From the NCBI RefSeq assembly GCF_009834535.1, contig NC_045697.1, forward strand, positions 78,060,001 through 78,124,000: a DNA stretch of 64,000 bases, written 5' to 3'. Shown piece by piece: positions 12,271-23,190 of the stretch. The notes beneath the pieces are model-generated. The model did no database searches, was not told where the DNA came from, and saw only the letters and a list, made by a program, of their open reading frames with translations. The position numbers were made by a program, and so were the translations under genes. Each line of letters starts with the position of its first letter. Position 1 is the first letter of the stretch. The DNA is from Camelus ferus (taxonomy: Eukaryota).

Positions 12271-14029
12271 AGAATTAATTATGATTCATCAGAACTTAGG
12301 TACTATTTTTAGGAAAAACTATTACATACCAATCCTTAAAGTCACCCTTACTTAGTGAACATAGTTTTACAACATATTTACCTCACTTAATCATTTTTTT
12401 AAGGCTAGAGTTAAAAGAAATTTATATTTCCTGAGCATGAACCAGTTGAAGGCATCAAAGATACTACGGGAAGCATGTAGCCAGGCTGTAATTAAAATTT
12501 TGCCATGTGTAATAGAAAAGATGTGAAGTCTACCAATGAATATAAAGGAATGTAGTTTACCAAAAGGTATATTATCCCTATATATTAATATTTTGTTAAT
12601 ATTGATGTGTTGAGCTTTGCTTTTATTGATGTCCATTTGTGAAAAGGACTGGTCAGCCCCAATTAGCATTAACCCTTTGCACATAGAGGCTCCTTCTGGA
12701 GACTCTGAGTCCACCTTCAGCCTTTACAAATGATGAGCTATTGACTAGGACACAGGCATACAGGTGAGCCGAATTTCACATATGATGGCACGTATTCATT
12801 TTATTCTGCACATTAATCTCCATATAAAATATGAAAGTTGCTTTTCAATAAAATGATGGATGGCTGATTTTCTATTTATTATTCCTTGGTTCTTCTTTTC
12901 ATGAACTACATTTAGTTGCTACTGGAACAATACAGTTAGGTTGAACCCTTGATAACAGAACAGATCAAAGTAATTGGACTATGTGGGAATTGAGCTGAAG
13001 ACCAACTTTGACCTCATTAGTGCAATGATACAGTCAGCGAAGGTTGTCAGATCCAACACTCACAGAACCACTCAAAGGAAACACTCATTTCAAAGGGAAG
13101 GTGAATTCATAGTTAACACAGCAGCTTTGTAGACTGAAGTTTAAAAAGAGAATTGTAAAAATATCAGAGCACATCATAAAGTTGGATTTTTAGCTCTGTG
13201 TATTTGATTCTGTTTCTCACCTTGTAGTCAGTGGTAGGAAAATGCTTAGGAAAGAGAACAGATTCACCATGGTATTCTCAGCAGACATGGTCAGAGAGAA
13301 GGATACAGTAAGCTATTAGAGCACAATCACTCTACAAGCATCCTTGAAGCCATGCTAATTGTACTGGTGCAGGTCACATGAGAATGGACATTCAGGGGTC
13401 CAGTACAGCTATCAGAGACAAATGACAGGCTGACCTTTTCTGAGTGCAGTAGCTGGGTACTATGGCTATTATTTCTTGCCACTTAAGCAAAAAGACTATG
13501 TTCAACGAGAATGTTAGGGTTACGATTTCCAAAGCAACTGACTTTTTGCCCTACAGGGGCAGTGACGGCAGTCTTTATTCAGGAACAGGACATGCATATG
13601 TAAGTCTGTAAGGTGTATCCGGCCACTTTTGTAGACACGAGAAATAGTATTAATGCAGAATCATCAAAGGACAGGTAATTGGTCACATCTGAAACCTGTT
13701 TTCCTCTTTCAACTCAAGACAGGGAACTTAAGTATTTTCTCCTCTCTCTCTTGTTTCTCCCCTTTTTTCCCTTAAAGACATTTTTTCTTCACCTTATTTT
13801 CCACAAATAATTTTATTGTTGAAATCTTTATCTTGACCTTGAATTTCCTCGTTTGGTAGCTATGAGTTTGTATTAATGATACGCTACTGGTACCAGGTGT
13901 TGATGTTCCCAATCTAGACTGGAATATGAATAAGGTATGATTTGAAGAGAAACAAGAGGCCCTTCAGCCCCCAAATATTCTTGAATGTGTCCCTAAAGTT
14001 CAACTACTAGAGAGTAATTTATTTTTCAA

Positions 14030-14150
14030 TTCAATTATTATTAATTGAGCAGCTACCACAGGCTAAGCATTGTGATAGGTGCTGAAAATAAAATGGTATG
14101 CAGAAACAGACAGAATATGGTGTTTCACAGCACGCAGTCTAGTGCAGGAA
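14030..14150 (-). mobile_element. L2 3' end
   Basis: ttaattgagcagctaccacaggctaagcattgtgataggtgctg. Confidence 0.65.
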
Positions 14151-14463
14151 CCTAACAGGAATCGCAGCAGTTATCTTTTGAACTTTGAACTTTGAAGCCC
14201 CCATTCTAAAGCAAACATCCCCGAGACTAGCTAGCTGTTAATGCTTTAGAGAGGATTTGACTTCAGGCTGAGAGGAAGACTCCGTAGAAACAGTTTTTGA
14301 TTTAGTCACTGGGGAGGCAGGACACAGGATAAGAGGAAATACCATTTTCCTTACAACATTGATTTGAGGAGGTGCAAAGCTGGTGAAGGTGTCCTGGGGA
14401 CCAAGTCCATATATTGAAAGATAAGTGGAAGCTAGAGCCTTCATTTATTTGCCTTTCTTTGGC

Positions 14464-14508
<45 letters not shown>
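14464..14508. repeat. (TAT)15 microsatellite
   Basis: Directly visible perfect trinucleotide run. Confidence 0.95.
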
Positions 14509-14509
<1 letters not shown>

Positions 14510-14595
14510 TTTGGAGAGCATAGAAATTAGATATTTGAGTTTCTGAAAATTTGTTTCAGTTGCCCTGGTTTAGTCCTTAACCTTGGATTCTTCTC

Positions 14596-15633
14596 TTTTT
14601 TTAAATCGAAGTACAGACAGTTACAATGTGTCAATTTCTGGTGCACAGCACAAGGTCCCAGTCATGCTTATACATACACATACTAGTTTTCATATTCTTT
14701 TTCATTAAAGGTTATTATAAGATATTGAATATAGTTCCCTATGCTATACAGAAGAAACTTGTTTTTGTAAAATCTATTTTTATATATAGTACCTACGTTT
14801 GCAAATCTCAAATTTCCAAATTTATTCCTTCCCACACCCTTTCCCCCAGTAACCATAATTGTTTACTATGTTTGCAAGTCTGTTTCTGTTTTATAGATGA
14901 GTTCATTAGTGTTCTCTTCCCCCCCTCTTTTTTTTTTAAGATCCCACATATGAGTGATATAATATGGTATTTTTCTTTCTCTTTCTGGCTTATTTCACTT
15001 AGAATGATGATCTCTATGTCTATCCATGTTGCTGCAAATGACACTATTTTATTCTTTTTATGGCTGAGTAGTATTCCATTATATAATATACCACAATTTC
15101 TTTATTCAGTCATCTGTCAATGGACATTTAGGTTGCTTCTATGTCTTGGCTATTGTGAATAATGCTGCCATGAACATTGGAGTGGATGTATCTTTTCGAA
15201 TTAGAGTTCCCTCCAGATACATGCCCAGGAGTGGGATTGCTGGATCATGTGGCAAGTCTATTTTTAGTTTTTTAAGGAATCTCCATACTGTTTTCCATAA
15301 TGGCTGCACCAAACTACATTCCCATCAGCACTGTAGAAGGCTTCCCTTTTTTCCACACCCTCTCCAGCATTTATCATTTGTGGACTTTTGAATGATGGCC
15401 GTTCTGACTGGTGATGAGTGATACCTCATTGTAGTTTTGATTTGCATTTTTCTGATAATTAGTGATACTGAACATTTTTTCATGTGCCTATTGGCCATTT
15501 GTATGTCTTCACTGGAGAATTGAATGTTTAGGTCTTCTGCCCATTTTTGGATAGGGTTGTTTGGTTTTTTGTTATTAAGTTGTATAAGCTGTTTATATAG
15601 TGTGGAAATTAAACCTTTGTTAGTTGCATCATT
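14596..15633 (-). mobile_element. 5'-truncated lineage-specific L1 (ORF2 C-terminus + 3' UTR), camelid/cetartiodactyl-type
   Basis: Minus strand encodes the L1 ORF2 C-terminus ([26 protein letters not shown] 14808-15044 SFAATWIDIEIIILSEISQKEKEKYHIISLICG); poly-T at 14596; near-identical TSD ttaaccttg(g/c)att at 14577 and 15634. Confidence 0.92.
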
Positions 15634-16249
15634 TTAACCTTGCATTTGTTTTGCGGGCAATCTGTTATGACTTTTCATTTTCGAATGTGTGTTCCTCAAA
15701 ATTGACTATCTTTTTGACTGTTTATCTGTTATTAATGCATATATTCATAAGCTATATGATGTTACCTTCCTATGGGTATAATATTATTCTAAAACAATTT
15801 GAATTAGAGTTTGAAAATTTTGTAGTTTATTCATCATTCTCCACCCCAAGAAATGTTGCATGTTTTCCTCAAATAGTTACTTCTTTTTATACCAATATCT
15901 AAATAATTAAAAAGATCAAGAACCATATACTATCTATGTTGAATTAAGTGACTTCAGGTCATCAATATTTTTATATGAGAGCAATAACAAATAGGTTATT
16001 TGCTCAATTTTATAAAAGCACAGTTGTCTGAAATTACATATTCTTTTGATTATGATTATACTATCTTAATGAGATATTATCTTGTTATATCATTTTGGAG
16101 CTCAGCACAATTTATACTGTGTCCTACTAATCAAAATGGTTATTTTCCTTGATCTACAGGAAAGACATCTGAATCAGTTCACTCTGATATTATAATCATA
16201 GTACAGCTTAATAGCAAGCCTTTGCAATATTCAAATTCAAGGCCTTCAT

Positions 16250-16760
16250 CTCTATTCACTTCAATTCACAAAACCTCTCTGGATCAACTGGCATTTACCC
16301 ACTCACTCGTTTTCCTCAAATTCTGCCTCTCTCTTTCCTCCCACATCTAATCAATTACTAGGTTTTGTCAACTGTACCACAAAAATGTTTTCTCATGCTC
16401 ATCATTTCATTTCCATCCTCTTTGACACTGTCCTAATTGACCAAGATCCTGGGCTTGCATTTATGGCCTTTGACAATCTAGCCATAACTTGTCTTTCCAG
16501 TGTTAGCTTCCACTACAAGCTCCCCTTCCCGTGTTCCTGTACACAGTTCCCACCTGAAGCCTTTTATCCTACCCTCCAGAAACTTATTCACAAGATTTCT
16601 TCCATCTGACTTCCCCTTACCATACTCTGACCTTCAAATTCCTGATCCATTCTTCACAAATGCCCCCTTCCAACAAAGTTTTCTCATCTTCCAACCAGAA
16701 GACATTTCCCCTTTCTCTCTCTCCTATTACTGCATATATTATCAGAGTAGTTAAAGCTGC
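16250..16760 (+). mobile_element. L2 fragments
   Basis: ctcccacatctaatcaattactaggttttgtcaactgtacc, pyrimidine-rich L2 3' region. Confidence 0.5.
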
Positions 16761-16794
16761 TCTGTTGTGTTAGTTTATGTATTCATGCATGTAT

Positions 16795-17115
16795 CCACCA
16801 GATGAAGTTATGTAAAGCTGTGGTAACAAAAAAAAGTGTCAAAATTTTAGTGGCTTAGCTGTGCTCCACGTGGCAGCTCAACTTTCCAGGCTGCTGGTGA
16901 CACCTCCATCTCAACAAATGCTTTCACAGTTGCCACAGCAGAACACATGGGGAATCACAACCATCTCTTAATCACTTCTGTCTGTTATTGAGATATCACT
17001 TTCCTCATATTTTCTTGGCCAAAGCAAGCTGCCTTTAAGTTAATAGAGAAATGTAAAACTCTTGGATGTGCAGAAAAGAGAAGAGAACCAAAAATATTGG
17101 TGAGCACTAATGATT
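16795..17115 (-). mobile_element. MLT1 (K/L-like) LTR
   Basis: gctgtggtaacaaa..tagtggctta; ttggccaaagcaag; aatattggtgagcactaatga. Confidence 0.65.
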
Positions 17116-17119
17116 TCTT

Positions 17120-18260
17120 TCTTCTCAATCTGTATATCTTTTATTTCCTTTTCTTGTCTTATTGTATTAGCTAGAACTTCTAGTACAATGTTGAATAGAA
17201 GTGGTGATAGGGGAATCTTTGTCTTATTTCTGAACTTAGGGGGAAAACATCTAGTTTCTCACTCTTGAGTAAAATGTCAGCTGTAGGTTTTTTGTTCTTG
17301 CTTATCAAGTTGAGGAAATTTCCTTTATTCTTATTTTGTTGAGCATTTTTATAATGAGTGAGTTTGGCATTTTATCAAATGTGTTTACTGTCTTTATTGT
17401 ATAATCATGATTTTTATTGGTCTGTTGGTGTGATGAATGACATTAATTGATTTTTGAATGTTAAATCAGCATTGCATTGCATACCTAGAATAAATCCCAC
17501 TTGGTCATGGCACATAATTCTTTTTATACATTGTTGAATTCAATTTGCTAATATTTTGTTGAGAATTTTTGCATTTATGCTCATGAGAAATATCGGTCTA
17601 TAGTTTTCCTTTCTTGTAATGTCTTTGTCTGGTTTTAGTTCTAGGGTAATACTCACCTCAGAATGTGTTTGGAAGTATCCTCTCTGCCTCAATTTTCTGG
17701 AAGAGATTATAGAGAATTGGTATCATTTCCTCCTTAAATATCTGGTAGACTGCACTAGTAAAACCATCCAGGCCTGGTGCTTTCTGTTTTGGAAAGTTAT
17801 TATTATTGATTCAAATTCTTTATTCTATTAAGATTACTTATTTTTCTGTGTGTGAGTTTTGGAACATTGTGATTTTTAACGAACTGATCCATTTCATCTA
17901 AGTTGTCAAATTTGTGGGCATAGAGTTTTTCATAATATCCCTTTATTATACTTTCGGTGTTCATGGGATCACCAGTGATGGTCTCTCTTTCACTCCTGAT
18001 ATTAGTAATTTGTGTCCTCTCTTTCCTTAGTTAGTCTGACTAGACGTTTATCAATTTTTAAGGATCTTTTTAAAGGACTAGCTTTTGACTTCATTAATTT
18101 TCTTTATTGTTTTCCTGTTTACAATTTTACTCATCTCTGTTCTAATTTTTACTATTTATTTTCTGCTACTTAGTTTGGATTTATTTTGCTCTTCTTTTTT
18201 CTAGCTTCCTAAAATCAAAGCTTAGGTTATTGATTTTAGATATTCTTTTCTAATAGCACT
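17120..18260 (-). mobile_element. Old L1M ORF2 (RT region) fragment
   Basis: agtacaatgttgaatagaagtggtga, aatcccacttggtcatgg and ccatttcatctaagttgtcaaatt are antisense L1 ORF2 hallmarks. Confidence 0.88.
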
Positions 18261-18375
18261 ATTGATTTTTCATAATATAAGTGAAAATTATCATAAGACT
18301 GAACATTCTGAAGTTAGCATGTGTGCCTTGTTCTTCTTTGTATTCTCCCAGGCCACAAGGAAGCATTCAGAAATC

Positions 18376-18668
18376 AGTGTTTTCCAAACCTCAGTCATTC
18401 CCATTTTGTCTTCATGTTTTGCCATGTCTTGTGCCATTTATGATAACAATGAATATTTTTAGATAGTGTCGTTTTTAAAATAAATTAGCATCCTTAGAAT
18501 GGAATCTTTAAATTACATTCATAAGCTAAAAACTAAACTATTTTCCAAAAATAGAGGTTGTCCTGAAAAATAAATATTAAACTATTAGAGTAAAAATATT
18601 GGTTGGATACCATCTAAAGTTGTCTCAAGTACCAGCAGTGGTCTTTGTGGTATGCTTTTGGAAGCACT
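18376..18668 (+). mobile_element. hAT-Charlie non-autonomous element
   Basis: TIR-like ends cagtgttttccaaa ... tttggaagcact. Confidence 0.6.
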
Positions 18669-19601
18669 AAAACAAATATTAATGAAAGAGGATGCAAATA
18701 TATTCCAATGTTCTTTCCAGTGGTTGAAATTTTTTTACTTTATTTTCTTGGGGTAACATTTAACAACATTAACAGAATGTTTGCCTTAATGTGAAGGACT
18801 GAAGAATTCACTCTGTAGTCAGAAAGCCTGGTTTTAATGTTCTGTTTTTCTACTTGTCGTGTGATACAGAAAGTCACACAGATCCTCATTGGTAGAATCA
18901 ATGTTATCCTCTTGACTGTGCTGTTAGATCTATAAATGAGATGAATTATGATTATACTTTAAAATTTTCTTGTCATGGGAATATGATTATGATTCTGAAT
19001 AGATATGCCTGTGTCCAGCCCTATATAATGTGGATTGGAGGTATACCAGAGATTATTTGCTTTTTAAGTAAGATTTGTGCAACTTTTTCTTTTGAAATGA
19101 ATGCTTATCCAGAGGCCTAGGTAAAGTTATGAACTGCCAAAGAAGATTCATATTAAAGAAAAATTTTCAATTAAATTAGTGGAGAAAGAATTTGGAGAAA
19201 AGACTAACTTGGAAAAATATTTCTCTCTGAAATTTCCTTAAAGTAAAGAATCCATCCTTTTTCTTTCTGGATGTCCACAGTTAGAGTATGATGGTAGATT
19301 TTATCTGCTATTTTGGAAGGTCAAGCCAGTATGGCCTTACCCATCCCTTTTTCTATTTCTCAAGTCTCCTTCACTCATTCTTTTTTTATTGTCAGAATTT
19401 TCTATACAGTTATTTCAGAATTGCATACAAACCAGATGATGAACAATTAATTGTTTGGTACCATACAAGCAAAAATCCCTAAATGATTAGGTGTTTCTCT
19501 CATTAAATGAGTGATTGGCTTCTAAGTCACTATACTAAGTAGTTGGAATAAGAGTTAAGGTAAATGAACAAATAGTTTATGAGCCAAACAGAAGTACATC
19601 A

Positions 19602-19652
19602 TAAGATAAAATTTCTCTTAAGACAAAATTCCTCTTAAGATAAAGTTCCTCG
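19602..19652. repeat. 3 x 17-bp tandem repeat (TAAGAYAAARTTYCTCK)
   Basis: taagataaaatttctct / taagacaaaattcctct / taagataaagttcctcg. Confidence 0.85.
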
Positions 19653-19985
19653 AAACATTTTCTAAGGATCAAGTTTTTTAAAAAGGTACGTTTGGGAAGT
19701 TATTTAGTACAGAAGCACTAGAAGGTTTTGTTGACATTGAAGCAATGGGATCCGTCTCTGGATTCAGTGGCAGTCATAGTTTGTTGAGGATACAGCAATG
19801 TCTGTATTCTGAAGAAAAATAAATGAATAAGTAAAATAAATTTAAATTTGTGCATAGCCTACTTTAGTAGTGCCTACTCACAACAGGAGTAACAGACGTA
19901 ATCCTGGCCACGTAGAAAATCAAAGATCTGAAAACTACACTTTCAGTGAATATGTCCCCTTTGAGCAAGTTGAATAACGGAGAAT

Positions 19986-20078
19986 GAGAGCCAGCTCCTG
20001 TGATATTTATGCAACTGCTAAACTCTCACTGAAGTCAATGGGAGCTTGCTTACGTCAGGGCTGCGAGCCTCAGCCTCT
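19986..20078. mobile_element. Relic of ancient palindromic PIF/Harbinger-type MITE (Chompy-like)
   Basis: Central imperfect palindrome ctctcactga-ag-tcaatgggag (20023-20044) with gccagctcctg..tta / tcagggctgc..cagcc arms, like the CTCCCATTGAAGTCAATGGGAG MITEs of reptiles. Confidence 0.55.
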
Positions 20079-20426
20079 AGAGATTAAAGGGGAAAAAGAA
20101 TCCTTAAACTCTTTCAACATTAATATTGCCTGTAAGGAATCCAGCCATGATCTAAGCCATGGAGCTTTTTGAACCTAGCAAGTAGAAGGGTAAACAATAA
20201 ACAACAGTTATTTTAAGCATGAGCTAATCAGAGTTCAATGGGAAGGAATATTATATTTGATCTCTAAGGTATTAATACTTGTAGATCACTTTTAGACATT
20301 TTTTATGTAGCCCATTATCCAAACAATGGCTTAAGTCTGTGGTATTTAATAAGTCGAGGTGGCACGGCCATGGCGTTGGGTGGGGGTGGGGAGGAAGCGT
20401 CTTCTCGCCATTTTTTTTTTCCTCAG

Positions 20427-20509
20427 GTGCAATTCTGTGTTAATATAGGAGAAGTGTGGCCTTCCTTCTCATAGCACTAGACGTGAGATAATCCCTGTGT
20501 AAGAAATCA
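20427..20509 (+). other. Candidate 83-nt non-coding exon
   Basis: Acceptor ttttttttttcctcag|G and donor TCA|gtaagt; stops in all three frames; no transcript evidence. Confidence 0.3.
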
Positions 20510-21162
20510 GTAAGTACGGTCTGCTTAATCTAGTCCCAGTGTGAAACTGTTGACATTTGTTCTTTTTTCTATCATTATGTGACTGGGCCTGTTTTGTGCT
20601 GGATTAGGCACAAATCTCCTATGCAGCACATTTGGCATGTTACTAGTAGTTTAACTTCATTAATAATGTATGAAGAAAATGTAATCCATGACAAGGAAGG
20701 AAAGAAAAGTATTTTTTTTTCTTCTCTCAAATCCTTTGGAATGAGTAATTATTCAACATTTTATGTTTGATGTTATATTTTACAATTGAACTTCTATAAT
20801 GATATTTTAAAAACTTTGGCAAATGCTGGCAAAAAACACACCTTTTAAAATTTTAAGTGTCATTTACTGATGGCCAGAACTTGTTAAACATAGTAGGAAA
20901 TTAAATATTTATTCAGCTTATTTCATTTTCAGGGTCATAAACGCTCTTTCTGAGTCATCCCCAGTAACAAGAATTTCCACCAGCAAAGCCATTAACAGGC
21001 CTCAAGATAGGGGAGCGCTAAATTAAGATGAGATTGTATAAACAAATAAGAGCGTACGCAGTCTTGCACAGGGGCGCAAAATAATCGTTTCTGATTGAAA
21101 TGTTTATAGCTAAATGAGTTTGGCTGCATCAAACAAAAATATGCCAAAAGATAAGCCCCTCA

Positions 21163-21183
21163 CTGCTGCTGCTGCTGCTGCTG
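21163..21183. repeat. (CTG)7 microsatellite
   Basis: Directly visible. Confidence 0.9.
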
Positions 21184-22338
21184 CTTTTTTCTGTTTTCTA
21201 AGCCGCTTTACAGATGAAAATGGAACTATGTTTGGAACAATGCTTTCTGTTTTTCCATACTATTGATATTTGTGGAAAGTCACAAAATGGCCTAAGGAAG
21301 CTAAGCTCACCCCAAGCAGTGGTCACTTACAAGTACTTTTGTGCTCTACTCCTGTCACATTTGGGCGATCAGAGCAACAGCTGGGGAGACTTTTTCAACA
21401 AAGATGAGTGTCAGATAATCCTGATGAGATTCCACATCCAACATCTTTTGTAATTATGTCACATTCAGCTGTAATGGAATAATTCAAGCTGAAAGGACAA
21501 GCTTTGATCCTTTCTTAAACCTTTCCCTGTGGACTGGCTATCTAAAAGATTTAAAGATATTTCTGTTACAAGATCTACTGTTTCCTCAGAGAAGTCATGC
21601 TCCTGAAGCATCGTGATCTACAAGAACAATATCAAGTTTGCCAAACACATTTCTGAAAGCATCTTCTCTGGGTGGGAGGGGTGCATTGAATGAAGATGTC
21701 AATAATTCACTGTTCTTCAATTTTTATCTAGACTATCAAGATTCATTGTCTTATTCTGTCATCTTAACAGGCAGATAGAAAAGCGATTTAAATACATTGT
21801 GGATTTGTGGATATGTGTCATTGCACATTTAAAGCATCTGTGTGCAAATTCATGCATATTAAATTGCGTTGTAGGAAAACTGGCCTACTGAAACACTAGA
21901 TATGTTGTAGAATTTAAAAATAAAAAGTTATTAAAATGCGAACAAGTTAAAGTCCCAAATTTCTATTTTATAGGAATTTTTGTGCAAAATATTCATATTT
22001 TATTTTTATTAAGCTTTTGCATTATACTGGTGCAACTGACAGAATTTTTTTTCAAATTCCAACTTAACACAAGATCTTTGCTTAATAATAAAGATTAGTC
22101 ATGTTAAAAATCACTTATTCTTGCCTTTAGTCATCCTATTTCTAAGTTATCATTTTAATTCTTTTCTTACATTTCAGTCTTGCACTTAATCATTTTCCCC
22201 CCACCTTTCTCTCTTTCTTTTCCTTTCTAATCTCAATTATTTTTTCTGAGACTAAGTTACTGACAAAAAATAAAGAATGTGATGGAGAAGAAAATATAGA
22301 CTTGACTTTAATTTTGACTTGAAGAAAATTATTACTTA

Positions 22339-22549
22339 GGGGAGGGATAAATTAGGAGTTTGGGATTAGCAGATACAAACTACTATATATAAAATAGACA
22401 AACAGCAAGGTCCTATATTCAATATCTTGTAATAACCTATAATGAAAAAGAATATGAAAAATAATATATATATAACTGAATCACTATGCTACACCAGAAA
22501 CTAACACAACATTGTAAATCAACTAAACTTCAACAACAGCAAAAAAAAA
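22339..22549 (+). mobile_element. L1 3' UTR end (cetartiodactyl L1-like)
   Basis: ggggagggataaattaggagtttgggattagcagatacaaactactatatataaaatag..taactgaatcact..acaacattgtaaatcaact + A tail. Confidence 0.85.
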
Positions 22550-23074
22550 TTACTAAAATGAAAACCAGTGTTAGAAAATAAAGTTTCTTTGAGTGTCATT
22601 TTAAAGAATGACTCTACATGACTCTTAAAGTATGGAGATTTGACTGCTGTTTGATTTACTGAGTAAAGAAAAGATGATCAGTGTATGAATACCCTCAAAT
22701 GAAAATCAAAGTTTGATTTGGTAGAACTGCAAAGAGGCAAATCGGCAGGACTAAGTGGTACAAATATTAAAACAATTTTTGCCCAAACTAATGAAGTAAC
22801 CTTTCACCGATGTGATAAAAGTCCTTTGGAAGATCATCTTTTCCAACAGAGCACTTCCTCTGTGGCCCCATTAGGAACAGCACATGAGCTTGTTGCTAAA
22901 TACAACATGCTGTGCCCTAGATAAGGCATACATATCTTTAGCTCACACATTAATTTGTTTTAATTATGTATATGTATATAGACATATATATGAGGAATAA
23001 TTTTAGATTTTCTTTTGTTTCATTTAGATCTTTAACTCTGTGTTTGATTTAAGCTTAATCTTCCCAACTCTGAA

Positions 23075-23190
23075 GTATCATTATCATCATTTTGTAAATG
23101 AGGAAACCGAGTGGCTAGTGGACTTACACAGGGAAGAGACAAAACTGGGATTGAAAATCAGAGCTTCAGTCTGTAAGCTCGGCACTCATT
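23075..23190 (-). mobile_element. MIR SINE
   Basis: cattttgtaaatgaggaaaccgag..ctgggattgaaaatcag. Confidence 0.65.

Larger units (their letters stand above)
20080..21700. promoter_or_regulatory. Candidate conserved developmental enhancer (K50 homeodomain + FOX + SOX + TCF/LEF sites)
   Basis: No recognisable TE; TAATCC/GGATTA at 20489, 20601, 20682, 21416 (plus 19899); TAAGCC/GGCTTA at 20153, 20328, 21152, 21199; GTAAACAATAAACA 20190; AACAATGG 20322; AACAAAG 21397; TAATTA 21451; CTTTGAT 21502. Confidence 0.6.

Noticed and set aside
14626..15391. ORFs of 178 aa and 81 aa
   Set aside because: Antisense readings of the L1 3' end
19984..20172. 62-aa ORF MRASSCDIY...
   Set aside because: Overlaps the MITE relic and enhancer motifs; no known homology; length expected by chance
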